Source: Marsupella aquatica (Eukaryota > Plantae > Marchantiophyta). From it: a DNA stretch of 64,000 nt. The stretch is taken from assembly GCA_973895155.1 (NCBI GenBank), contig OZ316895.1, positions 15,134,816 through 15,198,815 on the forward strand, in the 5' to 3' direction. Position numbers and translations under genes: made by a program. The notes beneath the pieces are model-generated. The model ran no database searches. It saw only the letters and a program-made list of their open reading frames with translations, and was not told the DNA's origin. Below, in pieces: positions 38,300 to 51,269 of this stretch. Positions within the stretch are counted from its first letter, which is position 1, and the number at the start of each line of letters is the position of its first letter.

Positions 38300-39604
38300 C
38301 TACCAGCTTGAAAGCTTGACTTCTCGGGAATATACTGGCAAGTCCTCCAACATCCAGGTCCCCAAGTTATGGCTGGCGTACCGGCTTCGGTCGTTGAGAA
38401 CGTCAGTCCCAGGCCATATGGGGGGCTCTCCCTCGCAGACATGGAGCATTGCGGAAGGAATGAGGTGCGAAGGTTTGGAACCGAGGACCGATGTCAAGAA
38501 CCCTCGTCCCGAGAAGGGAGCCGCCAGATGAGCCAAGTAAGCTCCCATCGTTCCGTTCCGTGCGAGACGCTCGTGACTGGAGAAGTATTCCCAGTAACCC
38601 CGGCAAAAGGGATCACCTGTATTGATGTAGATGTGTGGCGTCCACTCCTGAAGCTGTGAGTACTCAGAGAAAATTTTAACCCTAGATTCACTGTCCATGA
38701 AAATGTTCGCCAGACCAGCGACGGTAACGCAGCGCGCGGTACGCACCGTGCGCCATAGTTCCTCGTTTTCCAGCAGGTCCTTGGAAGTAGGGATCCAAGT
38801 GTATGCGTAGACGGGATTGAAGAGATGGGACTCGATTTGGATTCCCTCCTCCGTTGCTAAGGTCCTGGCAACCAGCAATCCCAGTGCTGCACCGAGAGAA
38901 TGCCCTGTGATACAAATGTCATCAGAACTGCCATGCGCGGCAATTGTGCGCTTGACCACCGCCAAAATCCGTCGGAATCGGGGCGTCAAGTGTAGACATT
39001 GCAACGATCCTTGCAAATTATGCCACCCGTCTTCCATGCTTGGGAGCGTTCCTCTAATGGCGATCACCACTCTTCCACAGGGTGCGTCCCGGGAAGGTGC
39101 CGAATTGTTCCATTTGTAGACAGCTAGATCGATGCTATGGTCCTGCTTCTGCAGAACTTTCTCCAGTACGAATTCGTCGACAAGGTCGAAACTCACGGAC
39201 TGCCACCAGGATCGGGCAGGTGGACTTTTCTCGAATGAGATTCCGACCAAGCGTCTATATTCTAGTTCGTATACCCCCTTGACGAGCCTAGCTAGAGTGA
39301 CCCTTCTCTTGATGAGGAGGTTATCGCTCCGGATCACCTCAGGAAAACCGGCCGGGGTCGAAGCTGCAAGTGACTTATCTTGCTGCTCAATCGTGTTCGC
39401 TTCTGTGGTGAAATTCTGCAATAAGAGGGGCTGCTCGTGGAGCTGTTTCGGACCAAGAGATAGCTTATTAGCTCCTTCATCGGATCTTCTTTGTTCCCTC
39501 TGTGATCTTTGTTCCCTCTGTGATGAGTAGACGGGTGACCGCTTAAATGCTGTTGGATTTTGAATAATAGCTGCTCCACACCATACTTGGATCGCAGCTG
39601 ACAT
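38300..39604 (-). CDS. Lipase class 3 / alpha-beta hydrolase (At4g10955-like), 434 aa, intronless
   Basis: VVIAIRGT, ITGHSLGAALG nucleophile elbow, ESHLFNP, WTPHIYINTGDPFC (candidate Asp), ASHNL (candidate His). Confidence 0.92.
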   Translation of the reverse strand: MSAAIQVWCGAAIIQNPTAFKRSPVYSSQREQRSQREQRRSDEGANKLSLGPKQLHEQPLLLQNFTTEANTIEQQDKSLAASTPAGFPEVIRSDNLLIKRRVTLARLVKGVYELEYRRLVGISFEKSPPARSWWQSVSFDLVDEFVLEKVLQKQDHSIDLAVYKWNNSAPSRDAPCGRVVIAIRGTLPSMEDGWHNLQGSLQCLHLTPRFRRILAVVKRTIAAHGSSDDICITGHSLGAALGLLVARTLATEEGIQIESHLFNPVYAYTWIPTSKDLLENEELWRTVRTARCVTVAGLANIFMDSESRVKIFSEYSQLQEWTPHIYINTGDPFCRGYWEYFSSHERLARNGTMGAYLAHLAAPFSGRGFLTSVLGSKPSHLIPSAMLHVCEGEPPIWPGTDVLNDRSRYASHNLGTWMLEDLPVYSREVKLSSW

Positions 39605-42600
39605 TTTTCATGATCGAGTAAGTTTGGAAGTCACGAACTTGCAATTCGACTTCTAAACTTAGATTTCGCAGAAGAGGGGTCCAGTAATTTGGAGAAGAGC
39701 CCGAAGAAAATCGGGGAAAGGCGATTCTGATTCATTTGCCTTACACTGAAGAGATGACGTACTTTTTCACGTTAGGCTGTGAACCATTTCCGCAGGTGAA
39801 CGTCGTCCATGTATAAGTGGCATCTTTATCCTTATGGAATGGCTGTCTTGCGACTTGCGACGTGCTGTAGTCAGCCATCGAACACTTCAACAACCTACAG
39901 TGACTACCTCCGATGACACTTGGGCCCCAGCAGATAGTCACGTTCACGGGTCTGAAAGGAACAGTAAAATGCCATGTCAACCCTGGGGAGAATCAAAAGT
40001 GTCAACGTGGCTGGAGATTGACGTGACGATCATCGGCCGAGGTACGGTTAATAATGCACCAACAAAATAGTAAAGCGCGAAAACTCGTTACAAAGACAGT
40101 TGCTGCCGAAGTCCGCGAAAGCTTCATATAATAAGAGGACGGTAACTGCGATCATCGGGACTGACCATGCATCCAGCGATTGTTAAATATTACGTGGGCA
40201 CGCAGTACAGTTTAGCAGATTACTTGTTCTAGACTTTCTTATTCACTCTTTTGCATTCCAGCGTGAAAATTGAGAAGCAATTTCGGGGCTGGACACGAAT
40301 GACGCAAATAGTTTTAACATGGCGAGAAGACAAACGCTTCAATCCACCCCGGGCCTTCATCTGAGTCTCTTTCTTGCTGTACCGCACGGCGTTTCATTGA
40401 ATGCCATTCAATAAGATCCTTCATGGCAAGAACAAAATTAAGATGTCTGTAGCGTGACCGTTCATCCTGGGTATATAAGGCCGGGCTCACTCAATTTGTG
40501 TCCTACTAAGCACTTCGCACGGTCTTGTACACAACAGAGACGTTGGCGCGGATGATCATAGAAATGTGTCAGTGTTCTCCGTTCGGCATTTATAGAGATT
40601 GCTGATCTGATGCGAGATGAATACTCGAATCGCTTCCCGCTTTTCGTTGAGCGTGAATTTTAAACTCCAATCACATGTTGTCTTTTGATAACAGATCAGC
40701 TTGAAGACCGAACCGGAACAACGAAGTAGAATTGTTTCCAGCTGATTTGGCATGCACGGCTCTGGAGAAAAATTTCTGACCGTCACGTGGATATCTCAAT
40801 TTGAAGCTCTCGTAGTTCAGATGTGAATGAAGCTTCAATCTCGTCAAATTCTAGGTCTCTGGTACATCTCAATTAATCTGAAACAATTGTGATTCACTAC
40901 ACTACCACGGAGAAAGACTCTCTCCTCATCTTCTCACACAACTACAAGCTCTCGTGGAATTGATCGACCTCCCATAGCTGAACAAATGCGATGGTGACTG
41001 GACTGAGCTGCACACTTCAACCAAAGTTACGTACCAGTGTAGCAATCGCCAATTACCTACTGGTTCGTCCTAAATAAGTTTGATTGCAATTCCGTTCCTT
41101 AATGATCCCCTTTTCAGCGAGGTATGGGATTAATGAAAAATGAGTTATCCAGGCACAAAGCAAGTGTAGGCGGTTGCAATTGTGTAGGCGGCAGGTCAGA
41201 ACCAAGATGTCCGTAAATTAGCCGCAAGGTAATGACCTCTGCTGAAAGGAGGGACGGACCGTCTCTACCGAGAACGAGCTAATACAAAGCAGTGTAGAAA
41301 GGCTGACAAAAGAGTCCAACCGAAAAGTAGTTGAATGTTTGATGGAGACATGACTGACAGCGGACCCAGACTCTGAAAGCTTTCTGTGTGCGGCGTTCAA
41401 ATCTTGAGCTTCCTGGGACAAGAGATTTAACTACGGGCAGTGCTCTTTTAGCCAGGACACGTCATACCAGAAGCAATGTGGACGAGGATCAACAATCTCA
41501 GACACGACAGTTTACTTACGAGGCTTGCAATCCCAATGTCTGCTCTCTCGGAAATGGGAACCCAGGCTTTGAGCTCTGAATCACGAAGGAGCTGGATAAT
41601 GGGTCTGGAAGGGGATTTCGTTCTGAGGTGAAATTGAGAACTTTTTCGCTTGGTTTGTTGCAGGTTGGTATGTATGCATGGTTGCCGTGTGTCAATTGCT
41701 GGTCCGAGAACGTACGTGAATTTCGACATCAGCGCTCCACCACCTGCAAGAAATGTGACATGTCCTTGAAACTCGATTTCCCAATCCATGTAAATCGATC
41801 GGCCTACCATTCTTCTGCTTACGTGACACGTCGGCCATTTGCCCGTCACTTTAGATATGACATTAAATGCGTCAGCTTAAAGCCGACGGCAAGCAGAATG
41901 ATACTTGTAAATTCGTCCCTCTCTAAGTGCAACCTTGCTGAGGACATAAGCGGCACTAAGTGCAAGCAATGGGTTTTGACTAATGGTGGTCTTGCGTGTG
42001 ATGATCTTGAGAAAATAGGCCCTTGAGTGATCAGCTGGCATCTTGGACTGAGAGAGTCTTTCATGCATGCTGTTTGTTCCCCATTCCAAAGCTAGCCCTC
42101 ATGACAATACTTGAGAACTCTCAAGGGCAAGGATCTAAAAGTTTCCAGCTCTTCCAGATTTTGACCTTTGAATTGATAATGGGATAAAACTTGCCAATGT
42201 AGCCTGTTACAGTTCAGATTTACTGCCCTATAGACTAGAGTATGGGCAGGGAGGGGCACATGTTTCCCTGAGCAGATTGTGCCTAGAGTACTTGTTGAGA
42301 AGAACATTATATATAAAATTCTGGTCAAATAAGGGTTGATTTTTGAATAGGTTGCACATGCAAGCCAGCCCTTAGTTTCACTCTTTATTAAATAAGTACA
42401 AGTAGTCTTGGGAGAAAAGTTAAAATAAACCCGCCAAAGACAAATAGATAATTGCAAAATTGTAGTTATAGATGATAAGTGCAATATTGAATGCATATTT
42501 TTGTGACAATTGCGCTTACCAACGGTGAGCGAGTGTTACATTAGAGGTACATCATTCAGAAGTGTACTTTCGATACTGATAGAGAATTAGCACCATCGAC

Positions 42601-44886
42601 ATTGAAGTGGCACGTAGCAATCAACGTGAGCCATGTTTTCTGTATCAGTCATTCAATGCGTGAGAATCTGAGGCAGCTTAAATGCTTAATAGAATGTGCC
42701 CAAATGAAAGATCAAGTCTTGATTGGGGTGTGAGATTGCTTTGTTAATTAATTAATCATTCTAGGCTAACCCACATATCGAGGCTAATTAATGGTATCAG
42801 TTCCTTCCCCGGCCCTAGTACTGCAGCAAATGCTAGGCATGATAGGAACTGAATGCTTGACCAGAACCCAGACCATGTCTCAATGAATTGGCACACCTGT
42901 CCAATGAGACAGGCCAGGTGCAAAGGATCCAATCCCACTAATAAAGGTGTTCATCCATTGGACACACATTTCACCCAAAATGGGGTTTACACAGTTTTTG
43001 ACACTAACTTCGAAAAGAATGGTTATAGTTAAGGTCTTGCGAACAGCCCATAGAGGGCCAGGCAGCCAGTGCTCGAGACCCATTAATGAGCCTTCAACCT
43101 GAATTCTTAATTATTTTGTGCTTGCCCTGAGGTAATTGCCAATGTAACGTAATACTTGACTACCTGCAATTAACACAGCATTGCACATTTTTAGACTCCC
43201 AAGGATTTGCACTTAGAGAGGGTTGTCTATTCTATGCCGATACAATCTCCAAGACTCTCTCTCCACTTCAACGTCGATTGCCAATGGCGAATTCCTGCCT
43301 GTATCGTTGTCCAACAACAAGCCAGGATCCATTCGAAAAGGAACAAGTTCACTGACAGTCAGACTTCAAAGTTTCGGTCATTGACAATGTTACTTCCATG
43401 TTTCGTTCAAGGGAAGAGACCAAAGTACTAAGTCGAAACCGTGAACACCGGGGTTACAAGTCCAAAAGACGGACATCACAAGGAATTGAATAGAATTCTA
43501 TGAAACTTCGAGCCGTCTTCTCGGACTATCTTGTGTCAGCGCAGACGAGGACCAATGTCACCGAATTTCACTACGTAATGCTTGGTCGCCGATTATCCAC
43601 ACATCCACACCCCATTATTATTCCACAGCAAAAATTCTAGAGAAGTCCGGAGGTCCACGACTTGAGTCTCGAGCTTTGACGAGAGCGGCTTTGAACACTA
43701 TGTCAGAACAGAACTACAGAATCTATTGGCCTCGACGACAGAAACCAGGAAGCAAGAGCCAAATCCTCTGGAGTCAATCTCCTTTCAAGGACAGGACTGC
43801 TGCTCCTGCGAGCAAATCCATGCGGGACAGAGAGCGGATCTTATTCACATCGATAATCACGTAGTAAGCAGCGGAAGGACATACAAACTAGGTGATTTGC
43901 ATGCATGGGAAGATTTTGAGTAGTACAATCATGGCCAAATGTGGTCGACATACTTTTCTACATTTCATTTACATTTAATACACATGTATTTCGTGATCTC
44001 CAATCCAGAACAGTATCGATCGTGGACCCGTCGGTCGGATTCAAGCTCAGAGGAAAGGCTACAGTTTCGATCCTACGTATACGGTCACACGTAAGTAATC
44101 TGGCCAGACTGTTAATTAATCAGGGAATTGAATCCGAGTTGTTTTCCGTTCGGCACTGTTCTTGTCCCATTTTCATCAACAGAATGGCTCATCTCCTATG
44201 CTGGCCCTCACCTTACACCTCACTCCATCGACGTAAAATAATGCTCTCAGTCCAATGGATGGATTATTTTGCTAGGTTAAGTCTGGGATAAGAATTGTCA
44301 TGAAATTCATTGCCTTGATGGAGCAAGGGAACTACAGTAATTGCTTAGAATTGCCGCTTGCCTTCTCTAGCTTGAAAACCAAAGCTAGGGAAATAACCGT
44401 GGAGTTGGAGTGGTCCTTCTACAGTCTGTAGCGTACAAGTTACCCAGTCAGGGCCCGATCATGCTATCTCGTATATCACATGCTGTTCATTGATTCGTGC
44501 CTTCAGAAGGTGAAGATTTAATCTATGTTTCTTCTTGATGACTTGCAGCGGAGTTTTGCAGAAAGGACAACTTATGGACTCATAAAATCGGGACCTCCTT
44601 TTTTGTGGGGCTCCACGCATATCCTGCCAAAAGACCGCTCAATTTGCCTTTTCCTCAGCACTTTGCCACGTTTGCCAATACATAGGGCCACAGTTGCTAG
44701 CTTGGTCCGGGTGACAAAGTCTACAAATTGTCACGGTGCCAAGTGCCGACCTTACAAGTTCTCTCAAAAATTTGGGAAAACTGATAAAGCCACCAATCGT
44801 TTGCTTTGTGTGTGCTTGACCTTATCAGATCACTTGTATGTATCACTATTAAAGCCAGTATCTAGAGGGCTTCTGGGAAAGAAATG

Positions 44887-45011
44887 CCAACGTTCAGAAG
44901 ACTGCTGCCCATCATCGCATAAATATCTACAGAACAAAAATTACAGAACTACCAACGTTCAAAAGACTGCAGCCCATCATCGCATAAATGTCTACAAAAC
45001 AAAAATTACAG
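44887..45011. repeat. 65-bp tandem duplication
   Basis: ccaacgttcaRaagactgcWgcccatcatcgcataaat...aaaattacag x2. Confidence 0.88.
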
Positions 45012-45931
45012 GTCGAAGACCCAACCAAAGGAGTTGCATGGCAGGAAGGATGAATTTTTCCATTCAGCAGCAATGATCACATCATGAGCGATTGCGATGT
45101 AAACGAAAGTTGTCAGACCTCCCCTCGTTGGCTCGTCCTCAGATTGTGAAGAGTAAGAGTTCAATAAATTGCGGAGAGCGAAGCTGTATCAAGGTTGTGC
45201 TCATTCATGGTTGACAAAAAAGTCTCCAGATGAAAAGCTATTATCACTAAACAAGGGGCCCAGAAAGGAAAGCTACAAAAGAGAGTGCATGACAAAAGCG
45301 ATTGAATGCACTTTTATAATTAGACGGCAGTGTCCTTTGCATGGTACTTCCGTAGATTTTAGCGTCTCCACGAGCAGACGGTCGGGTATAGTAATATCGA
45401 TATTATCGAGGGGAAGGGATCTGAGGGGATGGGACTGATGATGATGACAGATTCTGGGACGGGGATTCTATTCTATTCTATTCTATTCTATTCCCAGGTT
45501 ATTAGGAATGGCCTCGATTCTTCAGATAGAATGAATTATTGTTGATCTGTGGGAGGATGCTCGGCAGTCCATGCATGTTGTGTGTGCCATGGCGATGAAT
45601 AGTTGGGCGTGAGGGCCCAATTGCACCGACGCTGGGCTGGCTGGGATGGTGGCGGGCGGAAAAATACAGGCCAAGCCCAGAAACGTCGTCGAAGAACAGG
45701 AATCCGATCCAATCAAGACGAGCGGCACGAACTGACCTGTCACAACCACAAGCAACAATGTCCGCATGCCTATCGAGCTACAGTCTACTAGAGTACAGTC
45801 CTTTTAGCTACCATATCTACAGTGACCCCTTTTGGGCTTTACTCGTCGGTGTTTTACGTGAGCTCAACGAAAATATCTCACGAAGAGGAGACTACACTGG
45901 TGACAAGCGATTATTAGAGTGTCGACAATTA

Positions 45932-46456
45932 GGTAGATTCCACCTCTTTGAAAAGTCAGGGCCATTTTTTGCAAAATTAGTTACCTCCTTTTGCCTTCCG
46001 CTAGGCAGTTTTCCACATCCTCCTTAAAATCTAGAGAGATCTCACTTGGCCTCCTAGCCAAATCCAATAGCTAGAATTTGATGGTTGTCTTTTATATCTA
46101 TGGAGATCTGTGTCAGAAGGTAATCTAGGAAAACCAAAGAAATGTTCAATATTCTTAACATTTTCTCCTTCACACAAGTGAGTAGTGTCTTCTATTACCT
46201 AGGTTCTCACCTAGCCAAACACCCTATTAGCCCCTTATATCTAGGGCGGTTGACTTAAAGACTTCAAAAAGGAAAAAAAAAAAGTAGTATTACTAACATT
46301 TTCCCCTTCAAGGTGACACACCCTGGCTGAACAGAAGTGACCTTTAAAATTCAACCGAGTAAAGCTTTAAATCTTGGGAGGTTGATGTCAAAAACTTAAT
46401 CTAGAAAAATTAGATAAGTACTATCGGTAGCATATTCTCATTCACACAAGGTGACA
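45932..46456 (+). repeat. Dispersed repeat family, one full and further partial copies
   Basis: tagattccacctctttgaaaagtc...ttctccttcacacaagtg; second tail tagcatattctcattcacacaaggtgacac. Confidence 0.6.
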
Positions 46457-46618
46457 CTCACTACCCTTGCCCGAAAGAAAAATACTCAAAAAATTGAACT
46501 GAGGAGAGCTCGTTTTCGTTCCAGTGAAGGTTCCATTTCAGATGGGGGAAAAAGCCTACAGTACAAAAGAACGGGACCGGTCACGTCGGTTTGGTACGAA
46601 CTGCGAAGGAAGAGTGGC

Positions 46619-46728
46619 GGTAACCGTGTACAGTACGGGAACTCCCATACAGTACGAGTCAGGTAACATGTACAGTACGAGTCGGGTAACCGTGTACAGT
46701 ATGAGTCGGGTAACCATGTACAGTACGG
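46619..46728. repeat. 24-bp minisatellite, about 4.5 copies
   Basis: ggtaaccgtgtacagtacgagtcg unit. Confidence 0.88.
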
Positions 46729-47389
46729 TGGTCCTTCTAAACTACACCGTCCTACCTGCTGTCATCCTCGTTTACGTGGAACCTCGGGATTCGATAGGAA
46801 GGAGAAAGAATACCCCTGTCCATCCCCGATTGGATTACATGTGTCTATTCCCAATTGGGTCACACACGTCTATTTTTCAATTCGGTTACGTGGGAACTGC
46901 AGTTGCCCTTGTCTCTTGCTAACTACAAAATAAAATCCACCAAAAAGACAAACCAATTCGTACCACGCTTGTGATGAATGAGCACGTTGGTCAGAAACAG
47001 CCTGCAGGGAAATGTTGGCCCTCAATGACACTCATTCCAATGTTTTCTTTAGTGGCGGAAAAGTGCCAAATTCCATTTCATTGCCACTTTTTGTGACAAT
47101 TTGCCTGATTGTTTTCTCCTTTACAATTATCTGGCCGTAGAAAATTTGGCCCTTAAACTGGCTCAATTTCCACGATAGAGCCTTGATAGCTGGACCACAC
47201 GATATTCTTGCCTTTGTTTATCAAGGTCCGGACTGTAAGGGCTGGGATGCTTACAGACCTTGGCCTCCATTTTCCTGTTCCATTAAGAAGCCATCGAGCT
47301 GGTTGATTTTCTCCTTTCAGTAATACACTGCTAGAGGATTGGTTTAAGACCTCAAATTAGAAGGGCCCGCATACATGCAGGACACCTCT

Positions 47390-47527
47390 TAGCCAGTTTC
47401 CATCCTAGCCACAAACCCCACTAGCTAGAACCTGACAGTTATCCTTTAATCTATAGACATCTAATGGTCAGAATATGGATTATAAAATTTGATAAGAATG
47501 TACTTAGCATCTTCTCCTTCACACTCA
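47390..47527 (+). repeat. Dispersed repeat family, partial copy
   Basis: agtttccatcctagccac...cttagcatcttctccttcacac. Confidence 0.6.
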
Positions 47528-48316
47528 GTGGCATAGGGGTATAAACTCATGAGAGCTGCTCCATGACAACTGCTCTTCTAGAGAGTATAAGAGTATACCC
47601 ACTCTCCACTCTTGAAACTAATATTTAAGCATGAGACAGAGGCAGAGAAGAGAACTTGTCATAGAGCAGCTCACAAGATTGCCAAACTATGGTGGATGTA
47701 CTGGAATTGTACATAATGGTGATTCTTCTCTTGACCATGGACGTAGCTTAGATGGGGTGAACTTTGTATCTTCGCTTTGTTATGGATTGCTGGTTGTACT
47801 CTGGTTCTCTGTGCTGTGATGTGATGTGATGTGATGTGCTGTGAGATATTACCTCAATATAGCTTGTCAAATTCTCTTGATGCTAATAAATAGAGGATTG
47901 GAAATTGACCCACAACAACGTTTGTTGTCAATGTATAAAAAAAATGAAGCTCACTCACGTGTGACATTGTATGTCAAAAGCAATAAATGATTAGACTCAT
48001 CATTAGGCTTAAGCAAGAAAATTCCAGCATCTTGAATATGGCACTTGCTGTATGGGCTGCAAAAAGATCAAGGTCAAGCTGATTGACCACTAAAGGTTTC
48101 ATGTCCCACTTGAGAAAATCAATCTTTGGCAAACAAGGGGTTGAAAGTCTCATAAACCTATGGTTGCTTCAGTGCATTAACGACTTCATTTATACGTTAA
48201 TAACCCGGTTAATAAAGGTACCCAAAATAGACTAGCTTTGAAAGCTATAGGTTTCACGTTTGTTTTTTGTTAGCTAGCTGTGTTTCAATCATTTAATCCG
48301 TAAGGTTGCAAAGTAA

Positions 48317-48427
48317 TTTGCTAAAGAATGTGTGCTGGTTGCAAGCCAGATGACCATCACATGGAGTACACCGAGTTTGCTAAAGAATGTGTGCTGGTTG
48401 CAAGCCAGATTACTGTCACATGGAGTA
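48317..48427. repeat. 59-bp tandem duplication
   Basis: tttgctaaagaatgtgtgctggttgcaagccagat...cacatggagta x2. Confidence 0.88.
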
Positions 48428-48513
48428 AATAGAGTCATGTTAGAGTTTAAGATTGGAACTGACAAAAGAAAGGGGTCATTTTGGAAATATGTTTTATTAT
48501 TTGAGACAATGAG

Positions 48514-49212
48514 TCAATGCACGGATGACATTCGATCAATTAGTTCAAGTTCTTGTGCTGATGCCGGCCGAGGGGCATGAAGGGGAAGTGCCTTCTGGCA
48601 GACTGGGCATGTTGATTTCTCTGCAAGCCAATTTGATATACACCGAGGATGGAACAAATGCATGCATCCATGCAGAGCTTGTGAGGGGGAGGACAATTTC
48701 TCATGACAGATTGAGCAATAGTCATTTCTCTCACTCCTGGTCAGACTTCTTTGCCAGCATGGAAGCAACCGAAGTATGTCTGCACTAGCTGGTTTGTCCG
48801 GGTCAGTTTTATTGGAGCTGGAAGTTCCATCCTCTGGAGCTGCACTGAACAACGTGCCCATCCTTATTTCCTGCTGCACATTACGAACTGATTTGGCATT
48901 GCCAAACATGAGATTGAGGTTTTCATCGGTATCAAGGCCCATGCATACTAGAGCCTTGATAGAATCAGAAAAGTCACAAAAGGCAGGTCCCACTGGCCCA
49001 CTGAATCCTGACAAATCAATGTTGGCTTTTCTTGCCAATTCTTGCACTTCTGGCTTCTCACTATGGGTTGTGAGGTACAACACCCCTGCCATAGTCTCCG
49101 ACAAAATGTCATCTTCCTTCTTCACCCCCTTTATTGAACCTTTGCAGCTCCCTCGGCTGCTCCCTGGATGAGACTTCCTCTCCCCTCTCAGATTTGAGCT
49201 TGCCCTCGGCAT
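48514..49212 (-). CDS. RING-H2 finger protein (putative E3 ubiquitin ligase), 232 aa, intronless
   Basis: CSIC...GCMHLFHPRCISNWLAEKSTCPVC is a C3H2C3 RING with conserved W and P; no transmembrane segment. Confidence 0.85.
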   Translation of the reverse strand: MPRASSNLRGERKSHPGSSRGSCKGSIKGVKKEDDILSETMAGVLYLTTHSEKPEVQELARKANIDLSGFSGPVGPAFCDFSDSIKALVCMGLDTDENLNLMFGNAKSVRNVQQEIRMGTLFSAAPEDGTSSSNKTDPDKPASADILRLLPCWQRSLTRSERNDYCSICHEKLSSPSQALHGCMHLFHPRCISNWLAEKSTCPVCQKALPLHAPRPASAQELELIDRMSSVH

Positions 49213-49249
49213 TGGCCTTCTTTCTGCTAGTGTGTACTCCTCCCCACCC

Positions 49250-49255
49250 TATATA
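49250..49255 (-). promoter_or_regulatory. Candidate TATA box of the RING-H2 gene
   Basis: TATATA about 40 bp upstream of the ATG at 49212. Confidence 0.35.
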
Positions 49256-51269
49256 CCTGGGGTTTGCAAACAAAAGTAATGATGAGTTTGTGGTAATGAC
49301 CATTTGCACAACTCTTCATAATATTTATATTGGGCCTACATTGTGCAACATTTATTGGAGAAACTACTGTAGTTTATGTGTCTCAAGATACACTCCCAAG
49401 ATCGGAGACTAGCAACATACTACCTAGAAAATACACAATCACGGACCTTCACTGTGTCTTATTAACAAGGACTTCTATATTTGCTAAATCTTTACTTCGA
49501 ATCTTTTTCTTCACATTTGGTCCCACCTCCATCCCTCAGATTGTCTCTCCCCCATGTTCATTTTATTGGTTCTCGTGTTTGAATCTCATGAGGATCAGGA
49601 ATATTTTGTACAATTGAGACGAAAGAGTCGAGGGTAGATTCACAAAAGGTTGATTTTTTCCCTGGCAACCTCCATATGGGGAGCCGTGTCACCCACAATC
49701 CTCATTCGCTCAATTTGAAATCTGCAGCTTTTGCTCCAGAACACGTCCTGGGGGTTCATCATATGAAATGAGTCATGTATGTTGTAATGTGAAAACTTGG
49801 CAGGCAGATAATAATGGGTGCCGTACAAGTCTTGTTGTAAGGGTCCAAGACATACTACCATAATGTTGGGAGACACCGCACCAAAATGCAAGCAGGATGC
49901 AAAATGCATGATGAAATAGAAATATGTTTTATGTGTATGCAGTTTCTGGTGAGACATATCAATATTTTTCACTCACTCGGATGTGTAGATGAGATGCAGA
50001 AATATAAAATAACATGCACTTTTCATTGATGAGTTGTTTTGTGAACAAAATATTATAGTACTGGCTCTGTACACAAAGAGAGTCCTTTACAATTAAGTCA
50101 TGCAGTGTAGTTAAGCGCTGTGGTAGAATGCTGTCCATATTTGCTACAGTACAACAAATCACAACCACAGGTAATTGGAGGTAGAATATATCTCCACTCT
50201 AGTTGTTAGAACACTCAATAAGATATATCGGTGTCTGTAGCAGACACAGTAAACTCATTTGTAACCAAGTATGAGCAGAAAAAATCTCCTGAAAAAGTGC
50301 CGACAAAGTACCCAAAAAATAATAGAGAACAGAGAATACATATGTATTCAATATTAACTGCTGCTTGATGACAAGTATCAGTTGATATTAATATTGAATG
50401 GCCAATGTGTCGGATAACTAGACGAGTGCCATGAAGGTCATGGTGGCATGTTTATATCCAAATTTTAGATATTTCTTCCCAGGGTGAAGAGAACTGGACC
50501 ATGTCTTTCACTCCAAACGGCACTCATGAACCAAGACTTACCAAGCGAGTGGCGCCACACACAAAGTTTGCTGTCACTTACTCAAACCATGCCCCTCATA
50601 AGATTTCAGCTACTACCAGCTGACTTTCACATACCCAATGTGGCAATGTTGTTTGCGTGTAACTACAAGGATAGATACCAGTTAAAGTCTTACCAATCAT
50701 AATTGCCCTTAGTGGTTTTCCTCTTTGTCACTTCCAGGGCATTTATGGAGAGGATTGCACAGTAAAGATTTGGATACCTCATTTTGAAGATTCTCGTTTA
50801 TTTTACTAAAATTAATAAATATAAAAATCTCGTAGGGCCTGTAAGTGTAATTAAGTCATGTTAGGAGAGCATTCTGGGCAATAAGAGCCCCTACAAACGT
50901 GAGCTGAAGCTTTCATGTTTTTTAGGCACGCTTTCATTTTCTGAGGCAATATGGCACACTATACGCTGCGAACAAGACTTTACAATAAACATAGACGACA
51001 TCATTGCAATTGTGGAAGGAGAGGTTGTGTCGTACCAGATTCTATATTTGAGCTATTCAATGAATAGAAGAGATACAGGGAACGCAGGATCAGCCTTGGC
51101 ACAACTTGGAGAGAGACATCAAAGCTGCCTGGATGGTGAGGGACTCACTAAATTGTGGAACATTGAGGATTGGGATCTCAAGGATATTCGATCTACTTTC
51201 CATATATGGACCTCCCAGATTTCACAAATTAATTGGTTTTCTTCAACTTTTCTGGGATTTATGTGAAAA

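Noticed and set aside
38316-39579. Overlapping and antisense ORFs within the lipase gene (likewise within YLPM1 exon 1, the PHD gene and the RING gene)
   Set aside because: Shadow frames of genuine coding sequence.
46619-46728. 24-bp repeats as a CRISPR array
   Set aside because: Head-to-tail minisatellite without spacers.
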